The notes: a model not told the origin generated them from the sequence alone. A DNA stretch of 64,000 nt from Octopus vulgaris (GCA_951406725.2 OX597819.1:17732001-17796000); one strand, 5' to 3'; shown: positions 1-15,510, numbered from the stretch's first letter. Program-made: numbers and translations.

Positions 1-525
1 TTGTGTAAATGAATATGCATACATACTTACACGAATCCACCCACGCATTTAATCACCCACATATGCAATATATTACTAACAAATACATACAGAACGACAC
101 GGATGTATACATATATACACCTACATTCATAGACGCACACAGACATACATCCATATCCCAAATGTTTTTTTACAATTTGTTTACTTCAACATAAACCTCC
201 ATAAAATATATCCTGAACAAACACATGAATATTTAAAGGTGTTTTCAAGATGTTTACCTTATTTCGTGTTTTAATTTCCACAATAAACTCAATTCATTTA
301 GTTAAGATAAGAAAACTATTCTTCGTCACTCTTTACGTATGAACCGTTTTAAGTTTATTCTGAAATCTGTTATACGCATGCTTATAGAATAACAAATTCA
401 TAGCAAGTATGGCGTATATATGCATAGATATAAAGATATACACATCTGCACACATACATATATGTATTAAAAATATTGTGCTACCATCAAGCAACAATGT
501 TTAAAAAATAGCAAAACATATGTGC

Positions 526-830
526 CAAAATCCACAGACAATCTTTGCCGTTAATTCTGTCGTTTAGAATATCTTAAGAGTAAGAATAATTCCATGATAT
601 AACTGTAGAAATCCCCTCAGATCCACAGTCATGCTTCAAGATAAGGGCAAAACACTCAGTCTGAAAGCTTCTTTCGGTTGTCTCCAGGCATAAACTGTCC
701 CAAAGGGAAGTAACATGGTGAATCAGAAAAGATTAAATTGTTCCATGGAACCGTTAGCCACTTTTGATAGTCCAGACACCATTTCCCCCCACTTATCAAT
801 GATTATGGGTTACAAAACAAGTTTAAAGAT
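526..830 (-). pseudogene. Tc1-family transposase remnant
   Basis: Manual minus-strand translation with frameshifts gives KWCLDYQKW..WNNLIFSD, VYAWRQPKEAF, LKHDCGS..ISW and ILNDRINGKD, matching Tc1 motifs (W..VIFSDES, VWR, TVKHGGGS, GRIN). Confidence 0.65.
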
Positions 831-1249
831 GTCTCTTTCAATCTGGAATAACAAAAGGTGGCAAGTCAGCTTATTACATTTATTTTCGTGACATACGAAA
901 ATTACAATAATCCAGAACAGTTCATACTGCCTTTCCTTAAAAAATCTCAAACCGGCTGCAATGCACATCGTATGCCTGTTATAAATATAATCATACTGTT
1001 TTATATAATCCTTTTTAGGAACTGTGAACCTCGAAACATATAAAGATATGAATATTGCGTCTAAATATTGAGTAAAAAAAACACCGTTTGGAAAGAAACA
1101 GTCGAAGGTTTTCGAAAAGGATTTTAAGCAAAAATGTACATGTTGTTCAGTTAGCGAATTTCGATCATAATTTCGAATTTCGAAGCCTCTAAATTCACCG
1201 TTCCTAAAATGAATTCAGGTTCTCGAAGTTTCTAAACTTCTGTGGCATC

Positions 1250-1327
<78 letters not shown>

Positions 1328-1635
1328 ATACATGTACGACATAATATTTCATGCATTCCACACAAGAGTAATAGGCGTTCACTGTTACATCTAAAAATCA
1401 TATATGAATGCTACGATACCAAGAATTCACAAATATATATACACACTCATGCGTACATTCATAGATACATACAGACATTCATACATACATTAATACACGC
1501 ATGTATACATCCATGCATACATTCATACATACAAACACATACATTCTTACATACAATACTAAGTAGTCACATACACCCACCCACATACATACATACACAC
1601 ATACATATATACACACATACATACATATATACATA

Positions 1636-1858
1636 GGTGCAGAAGTGACTGTGTGGTAAGTACTTTGCTTACTAACCACAATGTTCCGGGTTCAGTCCCA
1701 CTGCATAGCATCGTGAGCAAGTGTCTTCTATTATAGCCTCGCGCCGACCAAAGCCTTTTGAGTGGATTTGATAGACAGAAACGGAAAGAAGCCCGTCGTA
1801 TATATGTTTTTTTTTTGCTTGTTTTAGCTCAGAGCTGCGGCCATGCTGATGCACCGCC

Positions 1859-1905
<47 letters not shown>

Positions 1906-1983
1906 ATAATTATTTTTTGAAGGAATATAAATCCAAACTTACAGGGAAAAAATTCAATTTAGAAATACTAAATCAAATTTCAC

Positions 1984-2057
<74 letters not shown>

Positions 2058-2316
2058 GAAACAAACCCTTTTATCAATTCAAAATGAACAATTAAATTAC
2101 ACCATCTAGAAAATTACATATAATAGAAATATTAAAATTAAAATAACAATAAAATATCAATGATTAAGTAAATTATTTTTAATATTTTTTTTTGTAATTT
2201 ACTTAATCATTGATATTTTATTGTTATTTTAATTTTAATATTTCTATTATATGTAATTTTCTAGATGGTGTAATTTAATTGTTCATTTTGAATTGATAAA
2301 AGGTGTTTTTTTCTTA

Positions 2317-2371
<55 letters not shown>

Positions 2372-2590
2372 CTGTGTGTCTGTGTTTGTCCCCAGCCCAA
2401 CATCGCTTGACATGCGATGCTGGTAAGTTTACGTCCCTGTAACTTAGCGGTTCGGCAAAAAGAAAACGATAGAATAAGTCCTAGACTTACAAAGAATAAG
2501 GCGATTTGCTGGGGCGATTTGCTGGACTAAATGTGGTGCTCCAGCGTGGCCGCAGTCAAATGATTGAAACAAGTTAAAGAATTAAAGAAT
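1636..2590 (+). mobile_element. tRNA-headed SINE (family A), split at its internal (TA)n by later insertions
   Basis: 5' half 1636-1805 (A box, B box GGTTCAGTCCC) and 3' half 2370-2590 match the intact copies at 39708 and 53734. Confidence 0.8.
2067..2303. repeat. 109-bp inverted repeat (fold-back) between (TA)n arrays
   Basis: Arms 2067-2175 and 2195-2303 read as reverse complements, with a 19-nt spacer. Confidence 0.92.
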
Positions 2591-3293
2591 ACATACATAC
2601 ATACACACATACTTACATGCTCACATATACATCATTCTATATCTACACCTAACTATATCACTATATTACATCAGTCATATATATATACACAGTTATGTAT
2701 ACACATATAGAACCGTACTCGACCACAAATATATACGCATTACACATTGTATACATACATACATACATACATACATACATACATACATACATACACGCAC
2801 ATAGTATTCTGCACAATAACACACACATATACATTTATACCTCATTATACAGCCATACATACACACACACAAGCACACACACATAAATAATTCATAGTTG
2901 ACCATAAACGGATTAAAAAGAAATCCCTCGCCGGATCACGGATCGCGGATCATTAGCCTGATTTCATAATCCTTTATTATACGATTAAATGCGAAGATAC
3001 CTTCATGATCGAATGGTGAAGAAGTGGACTGAAAATAATGCAACATATCGATGTATCGATCTTTGATCAGTAAAGGTAGACTCGATACGATCGGTTGATG
3101 AACTAGAAATAGCAGCTAAACTTTCTCACTGCACACTGCACACTGCCGTCCGAAAAACGAAAGGATAAACCGGACAGTGCTGACAACGTGGAGGAGAGAT
3201 TTTTTATTAAGTTCTGACCCAGCTGACCCATGGTCAACGGCACGCTAATTGTGGTTGCTGTAGTTGTAGTAGAAGTGGGAGTAGTAGTGCTGG

Positions 3294-3341
<48 letters not shown>

Positions 3342-3394
3342 AACAGCAGTAACGATAGCACTAACTGACACACTAAGATCAATGTATATAGTTA

Positions 3395-3535
3395 TAGGAA
3401 AGGGAGTGTTGTTTAAGAAGCTCGCTTTGCAGCCATGTGGGGGTACCATGGTTGTGTTCTATAATGGCTGCCATCCAGCCATTGCCTTGTGAGTGAATTT
3501 GGCAAACGGAAACTGTGTGGAAACTTCTCGGATTA
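3395..3535 (+). mobile_element. Degenerate 5' half of SINE family A
   Basis: GCCTTGTGAGTGAATTTGGCAAACGGAAACTG matches family A and ends at (TA)n. Confidence 0.6.
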
Positions 3536-3608
<73 letters not shown>

Positions 3609-3625
3609 ATATATATATATATATA

Positions 3626-3827
3626 CCGGAGTAAACACATAAATGTGAAACAAGGTGGAAAAAAGAGTACTCAAATACCAGTGGTAGAGTAATATGCTTT
3701 ATTTTAAGCAGCAGAAAAATCAACAAAATCTGTTACTCTGAGTTTCTCGTTGCCGTTCATCAGACCTGATGAACGGCAACGAGAAACTATAACAGATTTT
3801 GTTGATTTTTCTGCTGCTTAAAATAAA

Positions 3828-3828
<1 letters not shown>
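3626..3828. mobile_element. PLE-derived fold-back mini-element with back-to-back hammerhead cores
   Basis: Arms 3697-3763 and 3766-3828, with CTGATGAACGGCAACGAGAAACT on both strands, flanked by (TA)n. Confidence 0.8.
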
Positions 3829-3868
<40 letters not shown>

Positions 3869-4073
3869 TTATGAGAGGTAATGATGTCATTGGGACCCAA
3901 AGGTGTTAGGTAATGCTGAATAAGTGCTATAGACAGACCATAGTTAAGTTCCAGATTAGGTGATTTTGCGAACAAGGAGTACAACGTTGGTCATATGTCA
4001 GCGTGTGTATATAAGAATTTTTTTCGTAATAAATGACCAAGGCTCTGAAGATATTAAAACATTTATAGATAGG

Positions 4074-4123
4074 TCTTACAGCTGTTTCCAGGATATTTAT
4101 TAATTATATCCCTTCATCGGAGA
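4074..4123 (-). ncRNA. Minimal type I hammerhead motif (U4C variant) in a PLE-like segment at about 3867-4260
   Basis: Minus strand: TCT CCGATGA A GGGATAT-loop-ATATCCT G GAA ACAGCTGT A AGA. Palindromic helix III and GUA site. Confidence 0.7.
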
Positions 4124-4519
4124 TGGTGTGAGAGGATGGTTAAGTAATAATTAATTTAGATGGGATACAAAATAGAGAGTGAGGTGGAGGAAAGAAAATA
4201 GACGTGAGATATGTAGGGATATTGAATGTGCTGATCCATTTTTTTTAGGGAGAATGGTATACATATATATATATAAGATTCCAATACCTTATGAGAAAAA
4301 TCCAACAGCATTTAGGATTGTTCATTCCAAATATAGAGTTCATACACAATGTAAGATTCCAATAACTTATGAGTAAGATCCAACGGTATTTAAAATTGGT
4401 CATTGCAAGTACAGAATTTATACACAATTTTATTTAAATAAGACTACAAAAGAATATATTAGACTTTATTAATCTTTAAAAAACTTAATAAGAGGTGTTG
4501 AAAGTGTCGTCCTTCATTT

Positions 4520-4978
4520 TCAATACATAAAATTTATTTTCTTTTTAACTGTCGTGTGAACACTTCCAAGTCTTATTTCCGTTTCCTGTGACAATTTGCG
4601 TAAGGACTTTGACGGGCTTTCCAAAAGTTTATCAGAAATATTGGAGAGTGTTTCGTCTGAAAGAACAGCAGGCCTAGCGCTTCTTGCTGTGTCTTCCACT
4701 GAGCCTCTGTTTCTAAATTTTCGTATCAAATCCCTGCACAGTGTCACGATGTGGAACAACAGTTTTTGGAACAGTTTTACTGAACTTCTGTTTCACAGAA
4801 TCTATGTATTTGCTTCCAGCTCGAAACACCCATTCAACTAAAAACGTACGTTCTTCAATGGTTAGCATGTGTACAGGCTGAAGGGTACACAATTACTGAG
4901 GGAGAATGGCTGACACCCGGTTGCCCATGCAGTGATAGCAAAGTTGCGCATGCGGAGAGACTTTTGGAACACCCTTTA
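4520..4978 (-). mobile_element. Tc1/mariner-superfamily element 5' part (TIR plus N-terminal HTH, DUF4817-like)
   Basis: Minus strand starts with TIR-like AGGGTGTTCCAAAAGTC. ATG at 4868 (MLTIEERTFLV...) continues after a frameshift as LIRKFRNRGSVEDTARSARP...ESPSKSLRKLSQE. Confidence 0.75.
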
Positions 4979-5534
4979 CTATTTAAAGGCCTTCTAGATC
5001 ACAGTCGCCTTTGGAAAGCGCCTGTCGTTTCCAAATTCTCATTATGATTGTTGTTGTTTTTCTCTGAGTCAACTTCGTCCATGTGTGATGTTGAAAAACA
5101 TAAGACAAGGCTCACCTATTTGGTGGATTTGACATCACTTGGGAGAAAAATGCAGGCAGTTTGGAATCACATTCTCGTCTCGGAAATCGCAAAATTGTTT
5201 TTGACCGATATTACATGCACCAATATTTCCACCAAACTGTTTCCCCCAAGGCTTACTGAATACCTCACATGCCGTCCAAGAGTTCCATTGCCGATATTAT
5301 AGATCCAGGTTAGGAAACAATGAACATATTTAATGCAGAGAAGCACTCCAACCACACGGTTCCACTCTGACTGAGTTAGAAAGTCTTTTACGGATTCAAG
5401 AATGTAGAATGAGATCCGAAGAAGATTTCGAATGCGTCGCTGCTGTTCGAACCGATCAAATGAAAACGGGGTTCCTATTTGTTCAGTCTCTGGAGAAAAG
5501 ATGCATGTCAATATATATATATATACATAGATAT

Positions 5535-5573
<39 letters not shown>

Positions 5574-5817
5574 TGTATGTGTATATATATATATACATAC
5601 ATATAAATACATATATATGTGTGTGTATATATTTATATAAGTATGTATACTATGTATGAGTGAGGGATAAATGCGGTGGGGGGTGGGGTGGCAGAAGAAA
5701 GGAGGTGAAACAACAAACAATATTATTAGAAAACATAATCAGCCCTGACATCATTCTGTCTTTGTCTCTTTCGAGATACACACATGCACACATACACGTA
5801 TACACGTATACAAAAAT

Positions 5818-5856
<39 letters not shown>

Positions 5857-6767
5857 TGCATATACAGAGTCACACACACTCACAGCGAACACATATCGAT
5901 CATTCTTTGCCTTGGAAGAAAAAATATGCATTTCTTAGGAGGTCTCATATAGACCGGAATATACTCCATGTTTCACTTACTGCTTCTGAAATCTCAAGCT
6001 CTACTCAAATGTCTTCTGTATGTAGGGCACAAAAACTTCGATCGAGTCGTCTTGTCGGAATCAGCTTTCCACCCCACAGAGGGAACTTTGTGTCTACTAA
6101 TTGCATGGCTTAATATCTTGGATAATCGAAAATGTTTCAATTCAGTATATATTATCATTAGTATACGGTGAGACAGCAACTACCACCGCGGTAAAGAGAG
6201 AAGATTGAGTAAAAAACTAAATAATTTCTATGAAGTAGAGGAACGGTAAGAAGGGTTATGGGACAGCGAGGAAAGAGGTTAGGCAAGTAAATAGAACACA
6301 AGAGAGAGAGAGAGAGAGAGAGAGAGTCATTAAGAGGAGAGGGAGGAGGGAGAGGTACGCTTAAATAGGGATCACGGAACTAGTTCCATGTCTTTCTCCC
6401 TTGCCTTCTTCAATTATGAATTGAGAAGACATAAAAAAAAAAGAGTCGTAAATGGCGTTTACAATGATTTCCCCTCATTAGCGACATCAGATTAGGCCTT
6501 AATTAACGTCCTATTCAAACGTAGCCATTTGTAATATTCATTCACAAAATTGTATTTGATGTCGCTTCTTTGGCGAACAGCAAGCAACTTAAAACTAGTT
6601 TATGTGTTTGTATTATTATTATTTGTAAAGCGTATAAATTGTATGTATGTATGGATGTATGCGTAAGTATGTATATATATATGGATGTATACGTAAGTAT
6701 GTATATATGAATGTAGTACGTATATGCATGCACGTCTATATTATACACACACACACATGTATGCGTG

Positions 6768-6832
<65 letters not shown>

Positions 6833-7020
6833 GTGTGTGTGTGTGTGTATGTAAAATATATATATGAAAATGTGTATATATGTATATATACAAACACACG
6901 CATATAATATTATATTACATTATATTATATACAATTGATCACAAGTAGTACTCTTTGTATTGAAAAGAGTGAGTATGAGGCAATTTGGAAAGATAGATGA
7001 ATATATATCTCTCTCTCACT

Positions 7021-7225
<205 letters not shown>

Positions 7226-7406
7226 ATCCTATTTCTCTCTCTCTCTCTATCTTTATATCTATATCTATCTATCATATATGTCTGTCTGTTCCTCTGAATG
7301 CATGTAAGTGTATATCTCTCCCTCTCGTACACACTTTCTCTCTTTTCGTCTGTTCCTCTCTTTGTGCCATTCTCTCTCTCATTATTTCTGCCTGTCTGTC
7401 TCTCTT

Positions 7407-7466
<60 letters not shown>

Positions 7467-8109
7467 CATGCATGCATATATACATGCATACATATATACA
7501 TACATAACATACGCATGCTTGAAACATGTCAGATAGATATTATCAGATAGATAATCCGACTTATAGAGAGATAGATACACTAATACCTGAAAGCTAATAG
7601 TATCTTTGCAAGTGAAGGCAGTCGTATGCAGAGGAAGAGAGAGCGAGAGAGAGAGAGAGAGAGAGAGAGGAAGAGAGAGGAAGAGAGCTAGAAAGAGAGG
7701 GAGAGAGAGACTGAAAGACGGGACAGTTACAGTCATTGTAGAAATTGAATGTTAGTAATAGGGTAATGGAGGAGGGGGGGCTTGCTGATTATGGAAGGAC
7801 GGTATAACAATAATGACAACAATATATGGTGATTAGTGTAATAAATAAAGCAATACAATATAATGGCATTCACTTTCACTTTCGTTTTCTATCTATCTAA
7901 CTATATATCTATCAATATATATATATATATTATCATGTATATATATATATATATATACGTATGTGTGGGTGTGTGCACTGTGTGAAAGACAGAGAGAGAA
8001 AGAGAGGGTGAGAGAGAGAGTGTGTGAGTGTGTCAAATATGCAATGGTGCATGTTACTGCATAACTGCATTCTCTGTATGTCTTTATCTATCTATACCTA
8101 TACGCACAC

Positions 8110-8160
<51 letters not shown>

Positions 8161-8221
8161 ATACATACATGCATACATGCATCCACACATATGCACACAC
8201 TTTTATATATATAGTGGTGAG

Positions 8222-8400
8222 GTGGTGAGGCGCGTGGGTTAGTGCTTAGAGAGTAGCGCTGATGGTCGTTATTTCGATTCGAGTACCTGCTGATGCATCT
8301 TAAGCAAGATACTTCATTTCGCATTGAACCCGTCCAATCAACTGAGAAATATGAGGGATCACGTGATACTCCGGTGCCCTGTCCATGGTGGGGAACATAT
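8222..8400 (+). mobile_element. Degenerate SINE family C copy
   Basis: GGCGCGTGGGTTAGTG...TTCGATTC...CTTAAGCAAGATACTTCATTTC resembles the copy at 29534. Confidence 0.55.
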
Positions 8401-8785
8401 ACAACACAGAATCATCCGGTATGTATATCTCATCAGTTAATCGATCAGCAAGAAGCTTCCATCTTATTTTGATGTACGTATACTCACATACACACACACA
8501 CACACACATACACACGCACGTACACACACACACACACACGAACGCACAGACAGACAGACAGGCACGCACATATATGTTCACATGCGCACGTACATGCTAA
8601 AATAAATATTTTATCTAATAAATTTACGTTTGTTGCTCGTATGAGGATACGACAAATTATATTACTGCTCACTGGACGGGTTCATTCTTTAGCAAATCCC
8701 ATTCATGAAAAATTCAATTTGACCAACGTGTTATTTGAAAACAGAGCACGTAGCAACGAGATGTATTGCAAATACTCGCATAAAT

Positions 8786-8902
<117 letters not shown>

Positions 8903-9364
8903 TATCTATAACATATACATACGCGCATCTAAGTGTATGTTTAGTTGTCTATCTATTTTCGCATATATTCATATTTATTAACCACAACAGTACAAGACTC
9001 CAATACCTCTTCACAAAGAACGAAGGATTATTTTTGAAAACAAATCGCACAGTTTCGAAGTAATCTTCTGAAGCACATACACATCCAACTCCAAATTCTT
9101 GGTATAATCGAGTAAAGAAATATGCGTTCCTATAATTAACTTTAGACATATTTCATCGACATTACAATCAAGGAAGAAGATACGGATTCAAAGGCTGCTT
9201 ATAAACACTGCAAGATATTCCGACCGGAGTTGAACTGATTCTATCAATGAACCAACGGAATCAAAATTATGCTAAACTTGATAACCATTCCAATCATAAA
9301 TAACAATAAAAAAATTCATATATACAGCAAAAAACACTACCAACGAAAATAAAGCTAATATTTA

Positions 9365-10125
9365 TTACTTTATTTCCCACAGGTGGCTAAACATAGAAGG
9401 GACAGACAAAGCGATTAAGTCAATTTACATCGACCCCAGAGCTTAACTGGTACTTATTTAATCGACCACGAAAGGATGAAAAGCAAAGTCGACCTCGGCC
9501 GAATTTGAACTCAGAACGTAACGGCAGACGAAGTACCTATTTCTTTTCTACCCACAAGGGGCTAAAAACAGAGGGGACAAACAAGGACAGACAAACGGAT
9601 TAAGTCGATTACATCGACCCCAGTGCGTAACTGGTACTTATTTAATCGACCTCGAAAGGATGAAAGACAAATCGACCTCGGCGGAATTTGAACTCAGAAT
9701 GTAACGGCAAACGAAATACTGCTAAGCATTCCGCCGGGCCTACGAACGATTCTGCCAGCTCGCCGCTCTGAAAATAAAGTTAATATTAGCAAGGGTAGCA
9801 ATTTCAAAGGGAGGGGTGAGTCGATAGGATCGACTCTGGTACTTGCCTGGTACTTTATCTTTTCAACTCCACGAAAGTGAGATTTGAACCACAAGAAGGA
9901 AACGGATAATGCCGTGAGAAATACCATTTCTCCTATAAGCACAAGGCCTCATATTTGAAAAAGAGGTAAGTCGATTACATCGAATCTAGCGTTTCACTGG
10001 TACTCAATTTAACGGCCCCGAAAGGATGGAAGGCAAAGTCGATTTCGGTGGTATTTGAATACAGAGAGGGCACGAAATACCGCTAGGCATTTCTCCCGGC
10101 ATGTTAACGATTCTGCCAGCTCGCT
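9365..10125 (-). mobile_element. Two adjacent multimeric SINE family B copies (Meta/MESC-like central domain)
   Basis: Repeated reverse complement of GACTTTGCCTTTCATCCTTTCGGGGTCGATTAAATAAGTACCAG. Heads end at about 9765 and 10124. Confidence 0.85.
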
Positions 10126-10208
10126 GTCTTAAAGATGTGAGAAACATCACTATGCATTTACTACTAGCGACTCTGCCAATAATAATGATGATGATGATAA
10201 TAATAATG

Positions 10209-10271
<63 letters not shown>

Positions 10272-10274
<3 letters not shown>

Positions 10275-10828
10275 CCCTCAGGCAGTACAAGACAGTGACT
10301 CCCATGGCTTCTGCTGTTAACTTATTGAAAGTGTTATGATGTACGTTGTTTTGTCTTAGTATTAAAGATGGACTACAGCAAATATTCTGCTCAATACCAC
10401 AGATTTGCTTGTCAGTTGTTTGACCTTAACCAATTGAGCAGGTCCTTTAGTGGCTGACGATATGTGCGTCTCTGATCACGAGCAGCAGTAGTGGGGGAGC
10501 ATCATAGCCATGTGTTGAAAGGAATTCTTAGAGATTTGGATAATTCAACTTTGGAAACATGGGTGTCTCGTTTAACATCGTTAAACGATCCTTATTCAGG
10601 GACCTTTTGAGCGGGATGGGCTACTCAACCAGAAGAAAATTCTAACTGGGCCCCACCTGCAAGGTCCTGCGTTGTTTCTCTTGATATGATATCACCATGT
10701 CACGCACATATGGTTGTGATGCATGGGCCTAGTGTAACCTTATCAGACGGGTAGTCATAATGGGTATACTGGACTTTGTATATTTTATCCCAGTGTCACT
10801 TTGATGGCATGCATTGCTCTCTCACTCA
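10272..10828 (+). mobile_element. 557-bp non-autonomous element inserted in (AAT)n
   Basis: Homologous to 11624-12180 and 28731-29223. Ends GCTCTCTCACTCA then (AAT)n. Confidence 0.88.
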
Positions 10829-11164
<336 letters not shown>

Positions 11165-11528
11165 AAATATAAAGATCTGCTAACCGAAATCAAAAAGATG
11201 TGGCATCTCAAAATGGTTACAATACCAGTGATTGTAGGAGAACTTGGAATGATCAAAAAAGGGATTGAAAATTATTTAAGAATGATCCCTGGCTCACCAT
11301 CCATGCAGGAAGTGCAAAAGATTGTCTCAACTGGTTTGTCACTCGTATTGAGAAGAGCAGAGTCGCTGTGAATGTTATTTCCTTTTTCCCTCTTTATTAG
11401 TTTAATTTTCTATTTTTTAATTTTTCCTTTTACTCTTTGTACTCCCCTTTACTCTATCACATGACTCTGTAAATGAACAATCTGGTGTGCCCTAGGTGTC
11501 AGGAGGACACTCGGCAAGAAATGGAAAA
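11165..11528 (+). mobile_element. R4/Dong-clade LINE 3' fragment (endonuclease C-terminus and 3' UTR)
   Basis: KYKDLLTEIKKMWHLKMVTIPVIVGELGMIKKG...VQKIV...VLRRA. The 3' UTR ends ACACTCGGCAAGAAATGGAA then (AAT)n. Confidence 0.8.
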
Positions 11529-11544
11529 TAATAATAATAATAAT

Positions 11545-11606
<62 letters not shown>

Positions 11607-11623
11607 TAATAATAATAATAATT

Positions 11624-12179
11624 ATGCCCTGATGCAGTACCAGGCAGTGGCTCTCATGGCTTCTGATCTTAACTGATTGGAAGTGTTATCATGTACATTG
11701 TTTTGTCTTGGTATAAAAGATGGGCTACAGCAAATATTCTGCTCAATACCACAGATTTGCTTGTCAGTTGTTTGACCTTGACCAGTTGAGCATGTCCCTT
11801 AGTGGCTGACGATATGCGCATCTCTGATCACGAGCAGAAGTAGTGGGGAAGCATCATAGCCATGTGTTGAGAGGGATTCTTTGGGGTTTGAATAATTCAG
11901 CTTTGGATACAGGGGTGTTTCGTTCAACATCCTTAAACAACCCTTGTTCAGGGATCTTTTCAGCGGGATGGGCTACTCAACCAGAACAGAATTCTAACTG
12001 GGCCCCACCTGCAAGGTCATGTGCTGTTTATCTTGATATGAGATCACCAAGTCGCGCACATATGGTTGTGATGCATGTGCCTAGTGTACCCTTATCAGAC
12101 GGGTAGTCATGATGGGTATACTGGGCTTCGTATATTTTACCCCAGTGTCACTTTGATGGTATGCACTGCTCTCTCACTC

Positions 12180-12180
<1 letters not shown>
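11624..12180 (+). mobile_element. 557-bp non-autonomous element inserted in (AAT)n
   Basis: Second full copy, with (AAT)n on both sides. Confidence 0.88.
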
Positions 12181-12214
<34 letters not shown>

Positions 12215-12282
12215 TAACAATAATAATAATAACAATAATAATAATAATAATAATAATAACAACAACAACAATAATAATAATG

Positions 12283-13010
<728 letters not shown>

Positions 13011-13036
13011 TGATGATGATGATGATGATAATAATA

Positions 13037-13067
<31 letters not shown>

Positions 13068-13069
13068 TG

Positions 13070-13101
<32 letters not shown>

Positions 13102-13139
13102 CCTCCTTCTCCTCCCCTTCCTCTTCCTTCTTCCCACCA

Positions 13140-13265
13140 AAAAAAATGGAACGAACTATTGAGTTTAGTTTAATGGCCTACCAATGAATAAAATGAGTTT
13201 CTTTGCCCTAGGAGTCGGGAAGACACTCGGCAAGAAATGGAAGCAAATTTGAAAGAAGAAAAAAA
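13140..13265 (+). mobile_element. R4/Dong 3' UTR-only fragment
   Basis: TGCCCTAGGAGTCGGGAAGACACTCGGCAAGAAATGGAAGCAAATTTGAAAG matches the 3' ends near 11490 and 12805. Confidence 0.7.
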
Positions 13266-13306
13266 GTAATAATAATAATAATAAAAACTAATGATAATAA
13301 CAATAG

Positions 13307-13392
<86 letters not shown>

Positions 13393-13414
13393 ATAATAAT
13401 AATAATATTAATAG

Positions 13415-13461
<47 letters not shown>

Positions 13462-13463
<2 letters not shown>

Positions 13464-13725
13464 ATATTGGGCGTTGCAATTAAAAGCCAAAACTTTCCCT
13501 ATTGTTGTAGGTGCCCTGGGAATGATCGAGAAAGGTACTGACAATCCTTTTGATCTGATCCTTGGGATGCCAACAGTCTATTAGATCTTTAAAAAGTTGT
13601 GTTGCTATCAGGCTACCATATTCTCAGGAAGTTTCTCTCCATCAAAAATATACGTGACTTAAGCCTCTGGTTGAGAGTCGGTCGGAAGATGAAACAGAAA
13701 TGCAAATCAATCAATCGAAAAGAAC
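13462..13725 (+). mobile_element. R4/Dong-clade LINE 3' fragment, diverged family
   Basis: WALQLKAKTFPIVVGALGMIEKGT...HILRK, flanked by trinucleotide arrays. Confidence 0.65.
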
Positions 13726-13734
13726 AATAATAAT

Positions 13735-13933
13735 AATCCTTCTACGAGGCCTGAATTTTGGTAGCGGGGACTGGTCGATTACATCAACCCCAGTGTTTCA
13801 CTGGTACTCTTATTTATCGGCCCCGAAGGATGAAAGGTTAAGTCAATCTCGGCAGAATTTGAACTCAAGTCGCAGCAACAGACGACGAAATACCTCTAAG
13901 CATTTTTTGTCCGTCGTGCTTACGAATTTGCCA
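13735..13933 (-). mobile_element. SINE family B monomer
   Basis: Central domain and tail on the minus strand. Confidence 0.75.
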
Positions 13934-14392
<459 letters not shown>

Positions 14393-14677
14393 ATGTGGAT
14401 ATCGAAGTTAATAAAAATGAAAAGGATATTTTAATAATCGAATGTGCGTTTAAACGTTTATAAGAAAGAAAGAGGATGAGATGAGAAAAATAACAAAACA
14501 AACAAAACGTCTTTAAAGAATACACAAAGAGATTAAGATTGAAAATAAAATTAATTAATTAACAAGAAATTCATCAACAGATCTTTCATGTTACCTTAAA
14601 ATCCTTACTGATAATCATTTCATTATATTTTTTATACTCTTTCATCTCATTATTTGGAAAGCTGTGTGGAAAGGGGT

Positions 14678-14883
14678 CTTCTTCTTCTTCTTCTTCTTCT
14701 TCTTCTTCTTCTTCTTCTTCTTCTTCTTCTTTTTCTTCGTCTTCTTCTTCTTCTTCTTCTTCTTCTTCTTCTTCTTCTTCTTCTTCTTCTTCTTCTTCTT
14801 CTTCTTCTTCTTCTTCTTCTTCTTCTTCTTCTTCTTCTTCTTCTTCTTCTTCTTCTTCTTCTTCTTCTTCTTCTTCTCCTTCT

Positions 14884-14915
<32 letters not shown>

Positions 14916-15083
14916 TTCTTCTTCTTCTTCTTCTTCTTCTTCTTCTTCTTCTTCTTCTTCTTCTTCTTCTTCTTCTTCTTTTTCTTCTTCTCTTCTTCTT
15001 TTTCTTCTTCTTCTTTTTCTTCTTCTCCTTCTTCTTTTTCTTCTTCTTCTTCTTCTTCTTCTTCTTTTTCTTCTTCTCCTTCT

Positions 15084-15154
<71 letters not shown>

Positions 15155-15428
15155 TTCTTCTCCTTCATCTTCTTCTTCTTCTTCTTCTTCTTCTTCTTCT
15201 TCTTCTCCTTCTTCTTCTTCTTCTTCTTCTTCTTCTTCCTCTCCCTCTTCTTCTTCTTCTTCTTCTTCTTCTCCTTCGTCTTCTTCTTCTTCTTCTTCTT
15301 CTTCTCCTTCGTCTTCTTCTTCTTCTTCTTCTTCTTCTTCTTCTTCTTCTTCTTCTTCTTCTTCTTCTTCTTCTTCTTCTTCTTCTTCTTCTTCTTCTCC
15401 CTCTCCCTCTTCTTCTTCTTCTTCTTCT

Positions 15429-15463
<35 letters not shown>

Positions 15464-15510
15464 TTCGTCGTCCTTCTCGTCGCCGTCCTCCTCTTCCTCT
15501 TCCTTCTTCC
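14678..15510. repeat. About 830-bp (TTC)n polypyrimidine tract
   Basis: Direct reading. Almost no purines on the + strand. Confidence 0.97.

Noticed and set aside
5048-5500. Unique-looking ORFs beside the mariner-like TIR
   Set aside because: No motif was recognised; it may be a decayed transposon but cannot be supported.
11802-11863. CTGACGA...GAAG...ATA GCCAT in the 557-bp element as a hammerhead
   Set aside because: GAAA is GAAG, helix III pairs poorly, and helix I would have to use the core C3.
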